A DNA stretch of 64,000 nt from an uncultured Rhodospirillaceae bacterium (GCA_964574215.1 CAZNLR010000020.1:2466-66465); one strand, 5' to 3'; counted from the first letter of the stretch, positions 39,316 through 49,872 are shown. Notes: generated by a model from the sequence alone, not told the origin. Numbers and translations: made by a program.

Positions 39316-40460
39316 CCATCAAGGTATCCGAACGGGGAATAATTCCGCCTTTCATTGTCATGGATGTCATGCGGGCCGCCAACGAGCGGGCGGCGAGCGG
39401 CAAGGATGTCCTTCATCTGGAGGTCGGTCAGCCCAGCACGTCGGCACCGGCAAAAGTGCTGGAGGTGGCCAAAACGGCGCTGGATATGGATCTTCTGGGC
39501 TATACCGACGCCTTAGGGGTTCCCAAGCTGCGCCAACGCCTGACCGGATATTACGCCGACTATTATGACGCGGAAATAGACCCGGAAAGAATTATTGTCA
39601 CCACCGGCTCATCGGGCGCTTTCTGTTTGGCCTTTCTGGCGGTATTTGATGTCGGCGACAAGGTTGCTCTCGCCAGTCCCAGTTACCCGGCCTACAAAAA
39701 CATATTGCGCGCCCTTGGGGTTGAAGTTGTCGATCTGCCGGTGGGACCCGATTCCCACTTTCAGCCAACGCCCGAAATTCTTGAAGACTGCGGCGAAAAA
39801 CTTGACGGCCTAATCGTTGCCAGCCCATCCAATCCGACCGGCAGCATGTTGTCGCGGGACGCCTTGGAGGACTTGGTCAAATGGTGTGCGGCAAATGAAG
39901 TCAGGCTCATATCGGATGAGATTTACCACGGCATCACCTATGGAGAGAAAGCCTGTACCGCCCTCAGTTTTGATGATGACGCCATTGTCGTGAACAGCTT
40001 CTCAAAATACTTTTCCATGACGGGCTGGCGGTTGGGCTGGATGGTGGTGCCGGAAAATCTTATCAGGGCGGCGGAATGCCTGGCGCAGAATTTGTTTATT
40101 TCTCCGCCGACGCTGTCCCAGATAGCGGCAGCGAGCGTGTTCGATTGCTTTGACGAATTGGATACAAATGTCGCGCGATACGCTAAAAACAGAGAATTGC
40201 TGTTGTCCGAGCTGCCAAAAGCGGGAATTGGCAAACTCGCTCCGTCCGACGGCGCTTTTTACGTCTACGCAGACATCGCCCATCTCACCAATGATAGCGA
40301 GGATTTCTGCAAACGAGCGTTGGCGGAAACCGGTGTGGCATTTACGCCGGGTATCGATTTCGATACGGAACGGGGGGCCAAATCGGTGAGGTTTTCCTAT
40401 TCGGGCGCGACCGAAGATATGGCGGAAGCGGCAAGCCGGTTAACCAACTGGCTCGCCTGA
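39312..40460 (+). CDS. Pyridoxal-phosphate-dependent aminotransferase (class I/II)
   Basis: SPSNPTG and the SFSKYFSMTGWRLGW PLP-lysine motif. The GTG start at 39312 overlaps the ggt stop (GTGA). The track start at 39216 lies inside ggt and was rejected. Confidence 0.85.
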   Translation: MTIKVSERGIIPPFIVMDVMRAANERAASGKDVLHLEVGQPSTSAPAKVLEVAKTALDMDLLGYTDALGVPKLRQRLTGYYADYYDAEIDPERIIVTTGSSGAFCLAFLAVFDVGDKVALASPSYPAYKNILRALGVEVVDLPVGPDSHFQPTPEILEDCGEKLDGLIVASPSNPTGSMLSRDALEDLVKWCAANEVRLISDEIYHGITYGEKACTALSFDDDAIVVNSFSKYFSMTGWRLGWMVVPENLIRAAECLAQNLFISPPTLSQIAAASVFDCFDELDTNVARYAKNRELLLSELPKAGIGKLAPSDGAFYVYADIAHLTNDSEDFCKRALAETGVAFTPGIDFDTERGAKSVRFSYSGATEDMAEAASRLTNWLA

Positions 40461-40477
40461 TCGATCCGTTCAAAACA

Positions 40478-42943
40478 TTAAGACCCGGCTAGTTTACTCC
40501 ACCAACCGCTACGCGCCGCCTTGTCGTCGCTGGCGGAACCGTTTCCTACGATGGTGACGTTGGAGTCATCCTTTTCGTCTTCGTCCGGTTGCTCCGTTGG
40601 CTCCTCAACCTTAGGAGCATCATCGGATGACGCTATTGGCGCCGGTATTTCTTCCGGCTCTACGGGCTTATCGGAACTTTCCGGTTGATCGGACACGGCA
40701 GATTCCGGCTTCGCTTCGACATTTTCCGGCTGTTCCGGCTTTTCGCCGGATTCTTCCGCTTTTACGGTATCAGACTTCTTGCGGCGGACACGGCGGCGTT
40801 TTTTAGGCTTTTCATCCTTTTTGGCATCTTTTGCCGTTTTTTCATCGCTGCGGTCGCTGGCCTCGGCAGACTCTTCCTGTGTACCTACGTCGGCGTCTGC
40901 GGCCGGTTGATCCTCGGATTTTGACGTCGATTCTTGGTCTTGTCCTTCGGCGTCTCCGGCCGTTTCCGATATCGCTTCCGCTTCGACATTTCTTTTGCGG
41001 GTTCGGCGGCGACCGCCTCGCCGTCCCCGGCGCCGGCGTTGAGATTTCGAATCCTGATCGTCTTCGCTGGCGCCATCACCTTCGGTAGGCGTATCGGATG
41101 CGTCGGCATCTGCCGCGGCGGCAATTTCCTCATTTTCCACTTTTGTGTCGGTCTCATCGTCGCGCCGTTTGCGCCGCGAACGCCGCCGTCGCTTTTTCTT
41201 TTGCGGATCTTCGGATGCGTCCCCTGAAGCATCGGCTTTGCCGGGCTTGGTATCTGACGATTTATCGGCGGAATCCTGTTTGCCGCCGTCCGAGCGAATA
41301 ATTTTATACTCAGGCGGGATCAAACCGTCATCCTCGCCGACGATAACCCGGATGCCGAATTTACTTTCGATGTCGGCAATCGCTTCGCGCTTGCGGTTGA
41401 GGATGTAGAGCGCGACCTGGGAATGAACCTGCACTTCGATTTCAGACGAGCGGTTGCGCGCGCCTTCCTCCTCGACGCCCCGCAAGACGTGCAGCGCTGT
41501 CGATTCTGTCGATCGGCGAATACCGGTGCCTTCGCAATGGGGGCAGACTTCGGAAATTGTCTCCGTTATGGATGGCCGCAGCCGCTGGCGGGAAAGCTCC
41601 AACAGGCCAAAGGGACTGATCCGTCCGATTTGAATGCGGGCGCGGTCCTTGCGCATGGCTTCCTTGAGACGCCGTTCCACTGATGTCTGGTTGCGGTGAA
41701 CGTCCATATCAATGAAGTCGATAACGATCAGACCCGCCAAGTCCCTCAGGCGTAGTTGCCGGGCGACCTCGGTGGCGGCCTCCAAATTCGTTTTTAACGC
41801 CGTTTCCTCGATATTGCGGCCCCGTGTGGCCCGTCCCGAGTTGACGTCAACCGCGACCAGGGCTTCGGTGATGTTGATGACAATATATCCGCCTGACTTC
41901 AACTGGACGTTGGCGCTGTTCATCGTCTCCAACTGGCTTTCGATGTGATAGCGGGCGAACAGGGGGACGATGGGGTCTTTATAAGGCTGCACTTTTTTGG
42001 CGTGGCTCGGGATTAGAAGCTTCATCAAATCCTTGGCCATGCGGTAGCCGGCTTCGCCTTCCACCATCACTTCGTCGACATCGCGGCTGTAATGGTCGCG
42101 AACAGCACGTTTGATGATATTGGCTTCTTCGTGGATCAACGCCGGCGCGGAGGATTCCAAAGTTAGATTCCGGATGCCCATCCACAATTTAATGAGGTAC
42201 TCGTAATCGCGCTTAATCTCTGCCTTGCTGCGGTCGGCGCCGGCGGTGCGGACGATAACCGCCATACCTTCTGGAATATCAAATCCGGAAATTATCGTTT
42301 TCAGCCGCTTGCGGTCGCCGCCGTTACCGATCTTTCTCGAGATACCGCCGCCTTTTCCCGTATTCGGCATCAAGACACAATAGCGCCCGGCCAGTGATAG
42401 GTAGGTGGTCAGGGCGGCGCCCTTATTGCCACGCTCTTCCTTGACGACTTGAACCAGCAGGATTTGCCGCCGTTTTATGACCTCTTGAATTTTATAACGT
42501 TTCGCCGGCCAAAATGACCGCCGGGGCGCATCGACTTCGTCTATATCGTCGCCGCCGATCGTTTCGACTATTTTGTCGCTACCCTTGGCGTTGCCGTTGT
42601 CTTCGGCGTCGACGTCAGTATCGTCGTCAGCGTCTTCGGCGTCCTTGGCGTTGGCTTCGGCGTCCTCGGCCAAAAGCTTCTCGCGGTCGGCGACCGGTAT
42701 TTGATAATAATCAGGGTGGATTTCACTAAATGCCAGGAATCCATGCCGATTGCCACCGTAGTCGACGAAGGCCGCTTGAAGCGACGGTTCGACGCGGGTG
42801 ACTTTGGCGAGATATATATTTCCCTTTAACTGCCGCCTGGCGGCGGATTCAACATCTAGTTCTTCGAGCTGATTCCCGTCCAACACCGCAACCCGGGTCT
42901 CTTCCGGGTGGGCGGCATCGATTAACATTCTTTTTGTTGCCAT
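40478..42943 (-). CDS. rne: Ribonuclease E
   Basis: N-terminal MATKRMLIDAAHPEETRVAVLDGNQLEELDVE, an S1/DNase-I-like catalytic half, the CPHCEGTG zinc link, and a long acidic/Arg-rich low-complexity C-terminal half. Confidence 0.95.
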   Translation of the reverse strand: MATKRMLIDAAHPEETRVAVLDGNQLEELDVESAARRQLKGNIYLAKVTRVEPSLQAAFVDYGGNRHGFLAFSEIHPDYYQIPVADREKLLAEDAEANAKDAEDADDDTDVDAEDNGNAKGSDKIVETIGGDDIDEVDAPRRSFWPAKRYKIQEVIKRRQILLVQVVKEERGNKGAALTTYLSLAGRYCVLMPNTGKGGGISRKIGNGGDRKRLKTIISGFDIPEGMAVIVRTAGADRSKAEIKRDYEYLIKLWMGIRNLTLESSAPALIHEEANIIKRAVRDHYSRDVDEVMVEGEAGYRMAKDLMKLLIPSHAKKVQPYKDPIVPLFARYHIESQLETMNSANVQLKSGGYIVINITEALVAVDVNSGRATRGRNIEETALKTNLEAATEVARQLRLRDLAGLIVIDFIDMDVHRNQTSVERRLKEAMRKDRARIQIGRISPFGLLELSRQRLRPSITETISEVCPHCEGTGIRRSTESTALHVLRGVEEEGARNRSSEIEVQVHSQVALYILNRKREAIADIESKFGIRVIVGEDDGLIPPEYKIIRSDGGKQDSADKSSDTKPGKADASGDASEDPQKKKRRRRSRRKRRDDETDTKVENEEIAAAADADASDTPTEGDGASEDDQDSKSQRRRRGRRGGRRRTRKRNVEAEAISETAGDAEGQDQESTSKSEDQPAADADVGTQEESAEASDRSDEKTAKDAKKDEKPKKRRRVRRKKSDTVKAEESGEKPEQPENVEAKPESAVSDQPESSDKPVEPEEIPAPIASSDDAPKVEEPTEQPDEDEKDDSNVTIVGNGSASDDKAARSGWWSKLAGS

Positions 42944-43487
42944 TTACTTGTAAACTCCAAGGCCGCGATCCACGAGCCATCAAATTTTGGTCAATAAATC
43001 GCGTCATGTTTTGAACGAAGCTGGTGGCGCCAACGGACAAATCAAACAGCGCTAACGGTCCGGCCATTTTATTGGTCGACTGCGCGATATGTTTGTTTGT
43101 GCAGGCTGCTGTCACCAGCATGAAAATATCCAATGTGTTATTTTTAGTCGTGGTACGCTTTGTGCGTAATCGAGTTGGTGCTGATAGACAAAAAACAGTA
43201 AATATCGGAACTTAATCTATCTATTATTTAACCAGGTCACACCAAATCAAAGACCTGAAATATCCGAATTCATTAACATAACGGTAGGATTTTGGTTCGA
43301 CAATCATATTCGCACGAAAAAATTCACTCCGTCGGCATCCGATGCCGGATGTCATTCCGAATAACGGAATGGGAGTGACCGAATTTTGGTGTGGAATTTC
43401 GTTGAAGACGGCTTGGGCGACGCGGTATACCGAACCGTGTTTACGTTTAAAATGATCAATAGTTGCTCTACATTCATTCGCCGAGTT

Positions 43488-44798
43488 ATGCGGCCGAACG
43501 GGTTTTGGCCGATGGCCGCATTTGCCGCCGTTCTAATGTTACAAGCGCCGACCATGAACCCGGCCGAAGCTGCAGGAATTAAGGCAACGGACATCCGCAT
43601 TGGCGTGCATCGGGATAAGACGCGTTTCGTCATCGATTTTTCCGAAAACGCCGCCTTTAAAGTGTTTACGCTCGCCAATCCCTATCGGGTGGTGATCGAC
43701 TTGCCGGAAACGAAATGGTTATTGGAAAATAAGACATTTCCTGGAAAATCCGGTCTTATCAGTGGGTTAAGGTATGGGTTGTTCCGATCCGATCTGTCTC
43801 GCGTGGTTTTGGACGTGTCAGGACCGGTCGGCGTCAAGACGGCCTTCATGCTGCCGCCGGCAGAAGGCAAGCGGTTCCGGTTTGTCCTCGATTTGGTGAA
43901 AAGCACCCGTGCAATTTTTCTTACCAAGCTGAAGTCGTCAATTAAATCTTCTCACCGAATCAAGGTCCAGCGAGAGGAAGGTGCGTCCGATCCGGCTCAG
44001 ATTGCCGCCGCAAAACCGCACCAACCGCTAATTTTGACGCCACAGCAGTCGGCTTCCCGGGGTAAATTCGTTCCCGGCAGAAAACCGGACCGGTCAAGCC
44101 GTCCCAAGCCGGTCATCGTGATTGATCCCGGCCACGGCGGTGTCGACCCCGGCGCCACCAGCCGGGCCGGTGTGTTCGAGAAACATATTACCTTGGCGGC
44201 GGCGCGGGAAATCAAACGGGCCTTGGATCATACGGGCCGTTATCATGTTTACCTTACGCGCAACCGGGATATTTTCATTCGGCTGCGGGACCGCATCGCC
44301 ATCGCCCGTGCAAAAAAAGCCTCGCTCTTTATCTCGCTGCACGCGGATACCATAAAAAAGAGGTCTGTCCGCGGCATGTCGGTCTATACGTTGTCGGAAA
44401 AAGCCTCGGATAAGGAGGCCGCCGATCTGGCGGAAAAGGAAAATAAAGCCGACTTGATCGCCGGTATCGATCTGTCAACGGAATCTCAGGATGTAACCAA
44501 TATTCTGATCGATCTAGCGCAGCGGGAATCCATGAACGAGTCGGCCCGCATCGCCGGCGGCCTGGTTACGGAACTGAAAAAAGTGGCGAAAATGCTACCC
44601 AACGCTCACCGGTTTGCCGGTTTTGCCGTGCTCAAAGCGCCGGATATTCCATCAATCCTGATCGAAATGGGGTTCCTGTCTAACCGAGCCGATGAACAGG
44701 CATTGAGAAGCAAAAATTTTAGAAGCAGAATGGCACTGGCCATGGGAAGGGCGATCAATTCATACTTTACACGGATTGAGCAGGCCAAAAAATACTAA
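43488..44798 (+). CDS. amiC: N-acetylmuramoyl-L-alanine amidase (AmiC-type, AMIN domain + amidase_3)
   Basis: Signal peptide from MRPNGFWPMAAFAAVLML, an AMIN-like N-domain, VIDPGHGGVDPGA and SLHADT motifs. The track start at 43386 was trimmed. Confidence 0.85.
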   Translation: MRPNGFWPMAAFAAVLMLQAPTMNPAEAAGIKATDIRIGVHRDKTRFVIDFSENAAFKVFTLANPYRVVIDLPETKWLLENKTFPGKSGLISGLRYGLFRSDLSRVVLDVSGPVGVKTAFMLPPAEGKRFRFVLDLVKSTRAIFLTKLKSSIKSSHRIKVQREEGASDPAQIAAAKPHQPLILTPQQSASRGKFVPGRKPDRSSRPKPVIVIDPGHGGVDPGATSRAGVFEKHITLAAAREIKRALDHTGRYHVYLTRNRDIFIRLRDRIAIARAKKASLFISLHADTIKKRSVRGMSVYTLSEKASDKEAADLAEKENKADLIAGIDLSTESQDVTNILIDLAQRESMNESARIAGGLVTELKKVAKMLPNAHRFAGFAVLKAPDIPSILIEMGFLSNRADEQALRSKNFRSRMALAMGRAINSYFTRIEQAKKY

Positions 44799-44944
44799 AG
44801 CAAATATACGGGACCCGAAGGCTGCTAATAAAATTGGCAAAACAGGCCAAGGATGATAGTCAATTGCCATAAACTCGCCTTATTGTTCCCTTACGCCAAT
44901 AGGGTAAAATCAGAAAACCAAGAACTAGGGTAATCGGCTGGCCG

Positions 44945-47371
44945 ATGCTCCGAACGTTTATATTTTTTATCAGCTTTGTTTTGCTGGCCGCCATTGGTGC
45001 GGCGGGCGGCGGCGTATTCGTCTTTTACAAATACGGGCGCGGATTACCGGATTACAAACAATTGGCAGATTACGAGCCGCCGGTGATGACCCGCGTTCAG
45101 GCCGGTGACGGTCGGCTGCTGGCTGAGTACGCCAAGGAAAAAAGGGTTTTCGTGCCTCAGGCAGCCATGCCGAGAACGGTGGTGCGCGCCTTTTTGTCGG
45201 CGGAGGATAAGAATTTCTTTTACCATCCCGGCGTTGATCCGCTGGGGATCGTCCGGGCCGTCATCACCAATATCAAAAACATCACCCAGGGCAAACGCCT
45301 GGTGGGCGCGTCGACCATTACCCAGCAAGTCGCCAAAAACTTTCTTCTGACCAGCGACGTCACCATCGAGCGCAAGGTCAAGGAGGCGATTTTGGCGTTT
45401 CGCATCGAACGGGCGTTGCCGAAGAACCGCATACTCGAGCTATATCTCAATGAAATTTATCTCGGCTTCGGCTCCTATGGGGTTGCCGCCGCCGCCCTGA
45501 ATTATTTCAATAAATCCCTCGACAGTCTGACCATCGCCGAAGCCGCTTTTCTCGCGGCATTGCCGAAAGCACCCAACAATTATAACCCTCTCAGCAAGCA
45601 CGGCGCTGCCAAGGGAAGGCGAAATTGGGTGGTAGGGCGTATGCTGGAAGACGGCGCCATAACCCCGCAACAGGCCAAAAAGGCCATTGCGACGCCGCTG
45701 TTTATCCGTAAACGCGACGATACCGAGTTCGTCGAAGCCGAATACTTCGCCGAGGAAGTCCGCCGGGAACTGGTCAATCGTTACGGCGAGGAAAATCTCT
45801 ATAAGGGCGGGCTGTCGGTGCGTACGACCATGGATCCCCACTATCAGCGGATCGCCGAACGGGCATTGAGAAAAGGGCTGGAGTCCTATGATCGCCGTCA
45901 CGGCTGGCGGGGGCCGGTTGTACATATAGATATCGGTGCGGGTTCCGGGCATGACTGGCTGAACCGCTTGGCCGAGATCGATCCGCCCAAAGGATTAGGG
46001 CCGTGGCGGCTGGCAATTGTCAGGGAGCTGGCGGAAAAAGTCGTGGAAATCGGCGTTGACGACGGACGGCTGGGGTCCATCCCTCTGGCGGAAATGAAAT
46101 GGGCCCGCCCTTGGCTGAAGGAGGAGAAACTAGGGCCGGCAGTGCGCCGCCCGGCGGATGTATTGACGGTGGGTGATGTCGTTGCCGTTTCGCCAATTTT
46201 TGAAACGAAAAAGGGAGAGCCTTATCCCGATAACAGTTTCGCCCTGCGGCAAATTCCCGAAATCGAAGGCGCCCTGGTGGCATTGGATCCTCACACCGGC
46301 CGTATTTTGGCCATGGCCGGCGGCTATGATTACGAAAAAAGCCAATTCAACCGCGTGGTTCAGGCGCGCCGGCAGCCGGGCTCGGCCTTTAAGCCATTCG
46401 TCTATCTGGCTGCTCTCGACAAGGGGTTTACGCCGTCCTCCCTGATATTGGATGCGCCTTTCGTTATCGACCAGGGTCCCGGTTTGCCAAAATGGCGGCC
46501 CGCCAACTACACCAAGAAATTCTATGGTCCCAGTACCATGCGGCTGGGTCTCGAAAAATCCCGAAATCTGATGACCGTTCGCTTGGCGCAAACAGTCGGG
46601 ATCGAGACCATCGCGCGGTATGCACAAAGATTTAATATCGTTGACCAACTGCCCCATCAGCTTTCCATGTCGCTGGGAGCCGGTGAAACCACCTTGCTGC
46701 GCCTCACCGCCGCCTATGCCATGCTGGTAAACGGCGGCAAGAAAATTGTGCCGACGTTGATTGACAGAATTCAGGACCGGCATGGCAAAACCGTATTTCA
46801 GCATGACCGGCGGGTGTGTGAAAAATGCCAGGCGACATTCTGGACCAGCCAACCCGTGCCCAATGTGCCGGATATAAGGGAAGCCGTGGCCGATCCGGCG
46901 ACCGCTTATCAAATGGTATCCATGCTGGAAGGGGTGGTTCAGCGTGGAACCGGCCGGCGTATCCGCGATGTGGGTAAGCCGCTGGCGGGTAAAACGGGCA
47001 CCACCAACAAAGCCCTGGATACCTGGTTTATCGGCTTTTCACCCGATTTGGCCATCGGCGTATTTGCCGGATTTGATACTCCGCGGTCATTGGGACGAAG
47101 GGAGCAGGGCGCCAGCGTATCGGCCCCTATTTTTAAGGACTTCGTCAAAGGATCGCTGGAAGACAAGCCCAATATCCCCTTTCGCATTCCGCCCGGTATC
47201 CGGTTGGTCAGGGTCAACAGCGTCACCGGCCAACCGGCCCGGCCCGGTGATAAACGGGTGATCCTGGAGGCCTTCAAACCGGGCACGATTCCTTCCGGAC
47301 GCCAGGAAGTGCTCGATGGATCGGAAACCGCCGCTACGGCGCCGGTCGCCGGAACGGGCGGCCTCTACTGA
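44945..47371 (+). CDS. mrcA: Penicillin-binding protein 1A (bifunctional transglycosylase/transpeptidase)
   Basis: GT51 motifs (EDKNFFYHPGVD, GASTITQQ, RKVKEA) and transpeptidase motifs (SAFKP, SLN-like, KTGTT). Confidence 0.95.
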   Translation: MLRTFIFFISFVLLAAIGAAGGGVFVFYKYGRGLPDYKQLADYEPPVMTRVQAGDGRLLAEYAKEKRVFVPQAAMPRTVVRAFLSAEDKNFFYHPGVDPLGIVRAVITNIKNITQGKRLVGASTITQQVAKNFLLTSDVTIERKVKEAILAFRIERALPKNRILELYLNEIYLGFGSYGVAAAALNYFNKSLDSLTIAEAAFLAALPKAPNNYNPLSKHGAAKGRRNWVVGRMLEDGAITPQQAKKAIATPLFIRKRDDTEFVEAEYFAEEVRRELVNRYGEENLYKGGLSVRTTMDPHYQRIAERALRKGLESYDRRHGWRGPVVHIDIGAGSGHDWLNRLAEIDPPKGLGPWRLAIVRELAEKVVEIGVDDGRLGSIPLAEMKWARPWLKEEKLGPAVRRPADVLTVGDVVAVSPIFETKKGEPYPDNSFALRQIPEIEGALVALDPHTGRILAMAGGYDYEKSQFNRVVQARRQPGSAFKPFVYLAALDKGFTPSSLILDAPFVIDQGPGLPKWRPANYTKKFYGPSTMRLGLEKSRNLMTVRLAQTVGIETIARYAQRFNIVDQLPHQLSMSLGAGETTLLRLTAAYAMLVNGGKKIVPTLIDRIQDRHGKTVFQHDRRVCEKCQATFWTSQPVPNVPDIREAVADPATAYQMVSMLEGVVQRGTGRRIRDVGKPLAGKTGTTNKALDTWFIGFSPDLAIGVFAGFDTPRSLGRREQGASVSAPIFKDFVKGSLEDKPNIPFRIPPGIRLVRVNSVTGQPARPGDKRVILEAFKPGTIPSGRQEVLDGSETAATAPVAGTGGLY

Positions 47372-47468
47372 GCTGACAATTTTCTCGTCGCTATCCTGAC
47401 TTGAACAAAACGCGCTGAGCGGCGTACCATGGCAGCCAGGAAAAGCCATTTGAACCGGGGGATACAGC

Positions 47469-48449
47469 ATGGGAAAAATAGATATCGGCCAGGCCGAGCG
47501 GCCGCCGCGACGGGCGCGTGACGGGTCGAAGACCCAAATGGCGGCGCATTTCTTTAAACGCTATCCTCCGTCGGCCAAGCGCCATACGTTTCTGCGCAAC
47601 GTGTTGTTCGATTATCGGGACCCGCCGGTCAACCCCAATCAAACTGAAATCCCGGAGCCTGAAAAGATCACCGGCGAAATCAAAGGCATGGCTTTATCCA
47701 TGGGCGTCGATATCGTCGGAGTCGCTGCTTTTAGCGGCGAGTTCGCATTTGCTGACGCCGATTTGCCGGACCATGACCGGGTGATTGTTTTGGGTAAAAC
47801 CATGCCTTACGACATCATGGCTGATATCGGCCCCAAGTCTCAGTCGGTCGTGCATCAAACCTATTTCGACCTAGACGATATCGGTCTGCGGCTGGCCCAG
47901 CAGATCGGCGCCTACGGTTACAGTGCTCGTTTGCAGCCCAATGGCGGTGAATTTCCGCTGATTCCCTACGCCTATCTGGCCGGGCTCGGTGAACTCGGCA
48001 AACACGGATCGCTCATTTCTCCGCAGCTGGGGTCGTCCTTCAGACTAAGCGCTCTGTCGACGGATATGCCTATTAACGTAGACGGTCCAGTGGACGAGGG
48101 AATCGAGGAGGTCTGCGCCAGCTGCAACGTCTGCGAACGTTTCTGCCCCGGGGGCGCCATTCGGCCCGACAAATATACGGTGAACGGCGTCGAGCGGTGG
48201 CATGTGGATACGCCGTCCTGTGAACCTTTTTTCTACAAAATGTACGGCTGCAAAATTTGTCTGATGGTCTGCCCCTTCAACGCCAAGGGCGTATTGAAGG
48301 AAGCCTTCAAGCCGACAGCCGAAGACATCCGTAAAGCGAAAGACGCCGAGGGTCTTTTGAAACTGATCGAAGAACGCACGGATATGAAGTTGGACGATTT
48401 CGACTACAGCTTGGATGATGACGAGGAATTGGCAGGGTCGATCAGGTAG
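47469..48449 (+). CDS. RDH/QueG-superfamily 2x[4Fe-4S] protein (short paralogue)
   Basis: CASCNVCERFCPGG (C-x2-C-x2-C-x3-CP) and C...CKICLMVCPFN. The N-terminal half aligns by eye with the 6913 protein around the G-(A/V)D(L/I)VG(I/V)-AF motif (GADLVGITAF versus GVDIVGVAAF). It is not obviously a canonical QueG. Confidence 0.6.
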   Translation: MGKIDIGQAERPPRRARDGSKTQMAAHFFKRYPPSAKRHTFLRNVLFDYRDPPVNPNQTEIPEPEKITGEIKGMALSMGVDIVGVAAFSGEFAFADADLPDHDRVIVLGKTMPYDIMADIGPKSQSVVHQTYFDLDDIGLRLAQQIGAYGYSARLQPNGGEFPLIPYAYLAGLGELGKHGSLISPQLGSSFRLSALSTDMPINVDGPVDEGIEEVCASCNVCERFCPGGAIRPDKYTVNGVERWHVDTPSCEPFFYKMYGCKICLMVCPFNAKGVLKEAFKPTAEDIRKAKDAEGLLKLIEERTDMKLDDFDYSLDDDEELAGSIR

Positions 48450-48462
48450 TGCCGTCGACTTA

Positions 48463-49872
48463 TTATGAGTCTTTTGCTTGAAGCCGTTCAAGTATTTTAC
48501 GAAATACGACAAGCGGAGCATGGTCGCGCATCATTGTTATCGGCACGCTGAAATGACCCCGCCGCCAGTCAAATCGATTGTCCGGCGGCACCCGCCACTC
48601 ATCCAGCAGGGCGACGCCTGCGTCATACGGCGTGACGTCATCGAGATATCCCAAAACGGAAACGACATTTTCCGGAGCGACGACGGTTGGGCCATGGGTC
48701 TCCAACAACGTCATAAGTTTTTGGGTGGTTTCGGGAGTCCAGCCGGCGGCGGCGGTTTGGTTTTGAACCCCCCATACCCGTGAAAGACGCCCTCGGTACA
48801 TGGCGTCGCCGACACCCCGGCTATGGGTAATCAGGATCATCGCATCAGGATGGAACCGTTCCGGCCAATGCTTGGCGCGGTCGGCCACCAAATGCGCCGT
48901 CATGGAACCCAGGCTGCTGCCGCCGACGGCAACAGGACCGGTTGACGTCGAGCGGCACCAATCGATCAATACCGCCCATTCCAATATTGCCGCTGAAAAA
49001 TGATCGATGGGACCGCAAGGCGAGGTGGCGATAAAACGCTCGCCGCTAAATCGCCCTTCAGGCAAACGGCGTCCGTGCGACGGAGCCTCGGGCCTGACGA
49101 CCCGTATACCCATTTCCACCAAGGCCTCGACTTCGTCGATCAACCCCCGCCAGTGGTCGAATTCGACGCAGATACCGTGTCCGAAAATGAGTGTCGGCGG
49201 ATTGTCGACATTTTTGGGCTCATGCACGCGCACCGTTACGACGTCGTTCAGGCGCGTCGACGGCGATTGAAATCTCAACCAATAATCAGGACCGACGGTA
49301 CCGGCGAATATCCGTGACTTGGTCACCTGGGGCATATCCTCCGGCAGGTCGGTCATTTTCTGCGGCTGCTCAAGCCAGGACTGATAGGATTGAACCGCTG
49401 CCTCGGGCGTCGTTATCTGCCACTTAATCGGAGAAATTTTTTGACTGATGCCGAGAGGAAGAAATTTAAAGCGCATTTCGTTGTATTGATGACGGCGCTC
49501 CAAGCGTTCCTGTTCAATATCCAACAGTTGTTCCGGCGAATTTTCGGTGCCGCCGAAAAAGGCTGCCTCCCATCGGTCATTGGCCTGGCGGGCGAGGGTG
49601 CGGCGGGTTTCAAATTGTTTCAAAATCCGGCCCAATTTTTTCTCTACGGAAGGCGAAGCAGCAAAATCAATTTCAGACAGGAATTTTTCCACGGACCCGT
49701 CGGCGATCCGGGCCGCTGCCCACATCCTTGAGACGGGAAAATACCAACGATCCAATAGTTTCAGCGACAACCGATCGAACCAGGGCTTTGCCAGGAGAGA
49801 GCCCAATGGTGATCTAAGCCAGGAATTCAAAATTGTTTGGCTGGAAAAGTGTCGAATATCTGGTTGGGACAT
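48463..49872 (-). CDS. Alpha/beta-hydrolase-fold protein (putative lipase/esterase)
   Basis: Oxyanion-like LIFGHG, a nucleophile elbow GSSLG (G-x-S-x-G), and late Asp/His candidates. The N-terminal 200 aa or so were not recognised. Confidence 0.55.
   Translation of the reverse strand: MSQPDIRHFSSQTILNSWLRSPLGSLLAKPWFDRLSLKLLDRWYFPVSRMWAAARIADGSVEKFLSEIDFAASPSVEKKLGRILKQFETRRTLARQANDRWEAAFFGGTENSPEQLLDIEQERLERRHQYNEMRFKFLPLGISQKISPIKWQITTPEAAVQSYQSWLEQPQKMTDLPEDMPQVTKSRIFAGTVGPDYWLRFQSPSTRLNDVVTVRVHEPKNVDNPPTLIFGHGICVEFDHWRGLIDEVEALVEMGIRVVRPEAPSHGRRLPEGRFSGERFIATSPCGPIDHFSAAILEWAVLIDWCRSTSTGPVAVGGSSLGSMTAHLVADRAKHWPERFHPDAMILITHSRGVGDAMYRGRLSRVWGVQNQTAAAGWTPETTQKLMTLLETHGPTVVAPENVVSVLGYLDDVTPYDAGVALLDEWRVPPDNRFDWRRGHFSVPITMMRDHAPLVVFRKILERLQAKDS

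Noticed and set aside
40685-41408. Cluster of short ORFs in both strands within the rne 3' half
   Set aside because: They are caused by the low-complexity acidic and Arg-rich coding repeats of RNase E. No independent start signals or motifs were seen.
45440-46912. Long antisense ORFs (170 and 260 aa) opposite mrcA
   Set aside because: They lie entirely within PBP1A, which has all its GT51 and transpeptidase motifs, so these are shadow ORFs.
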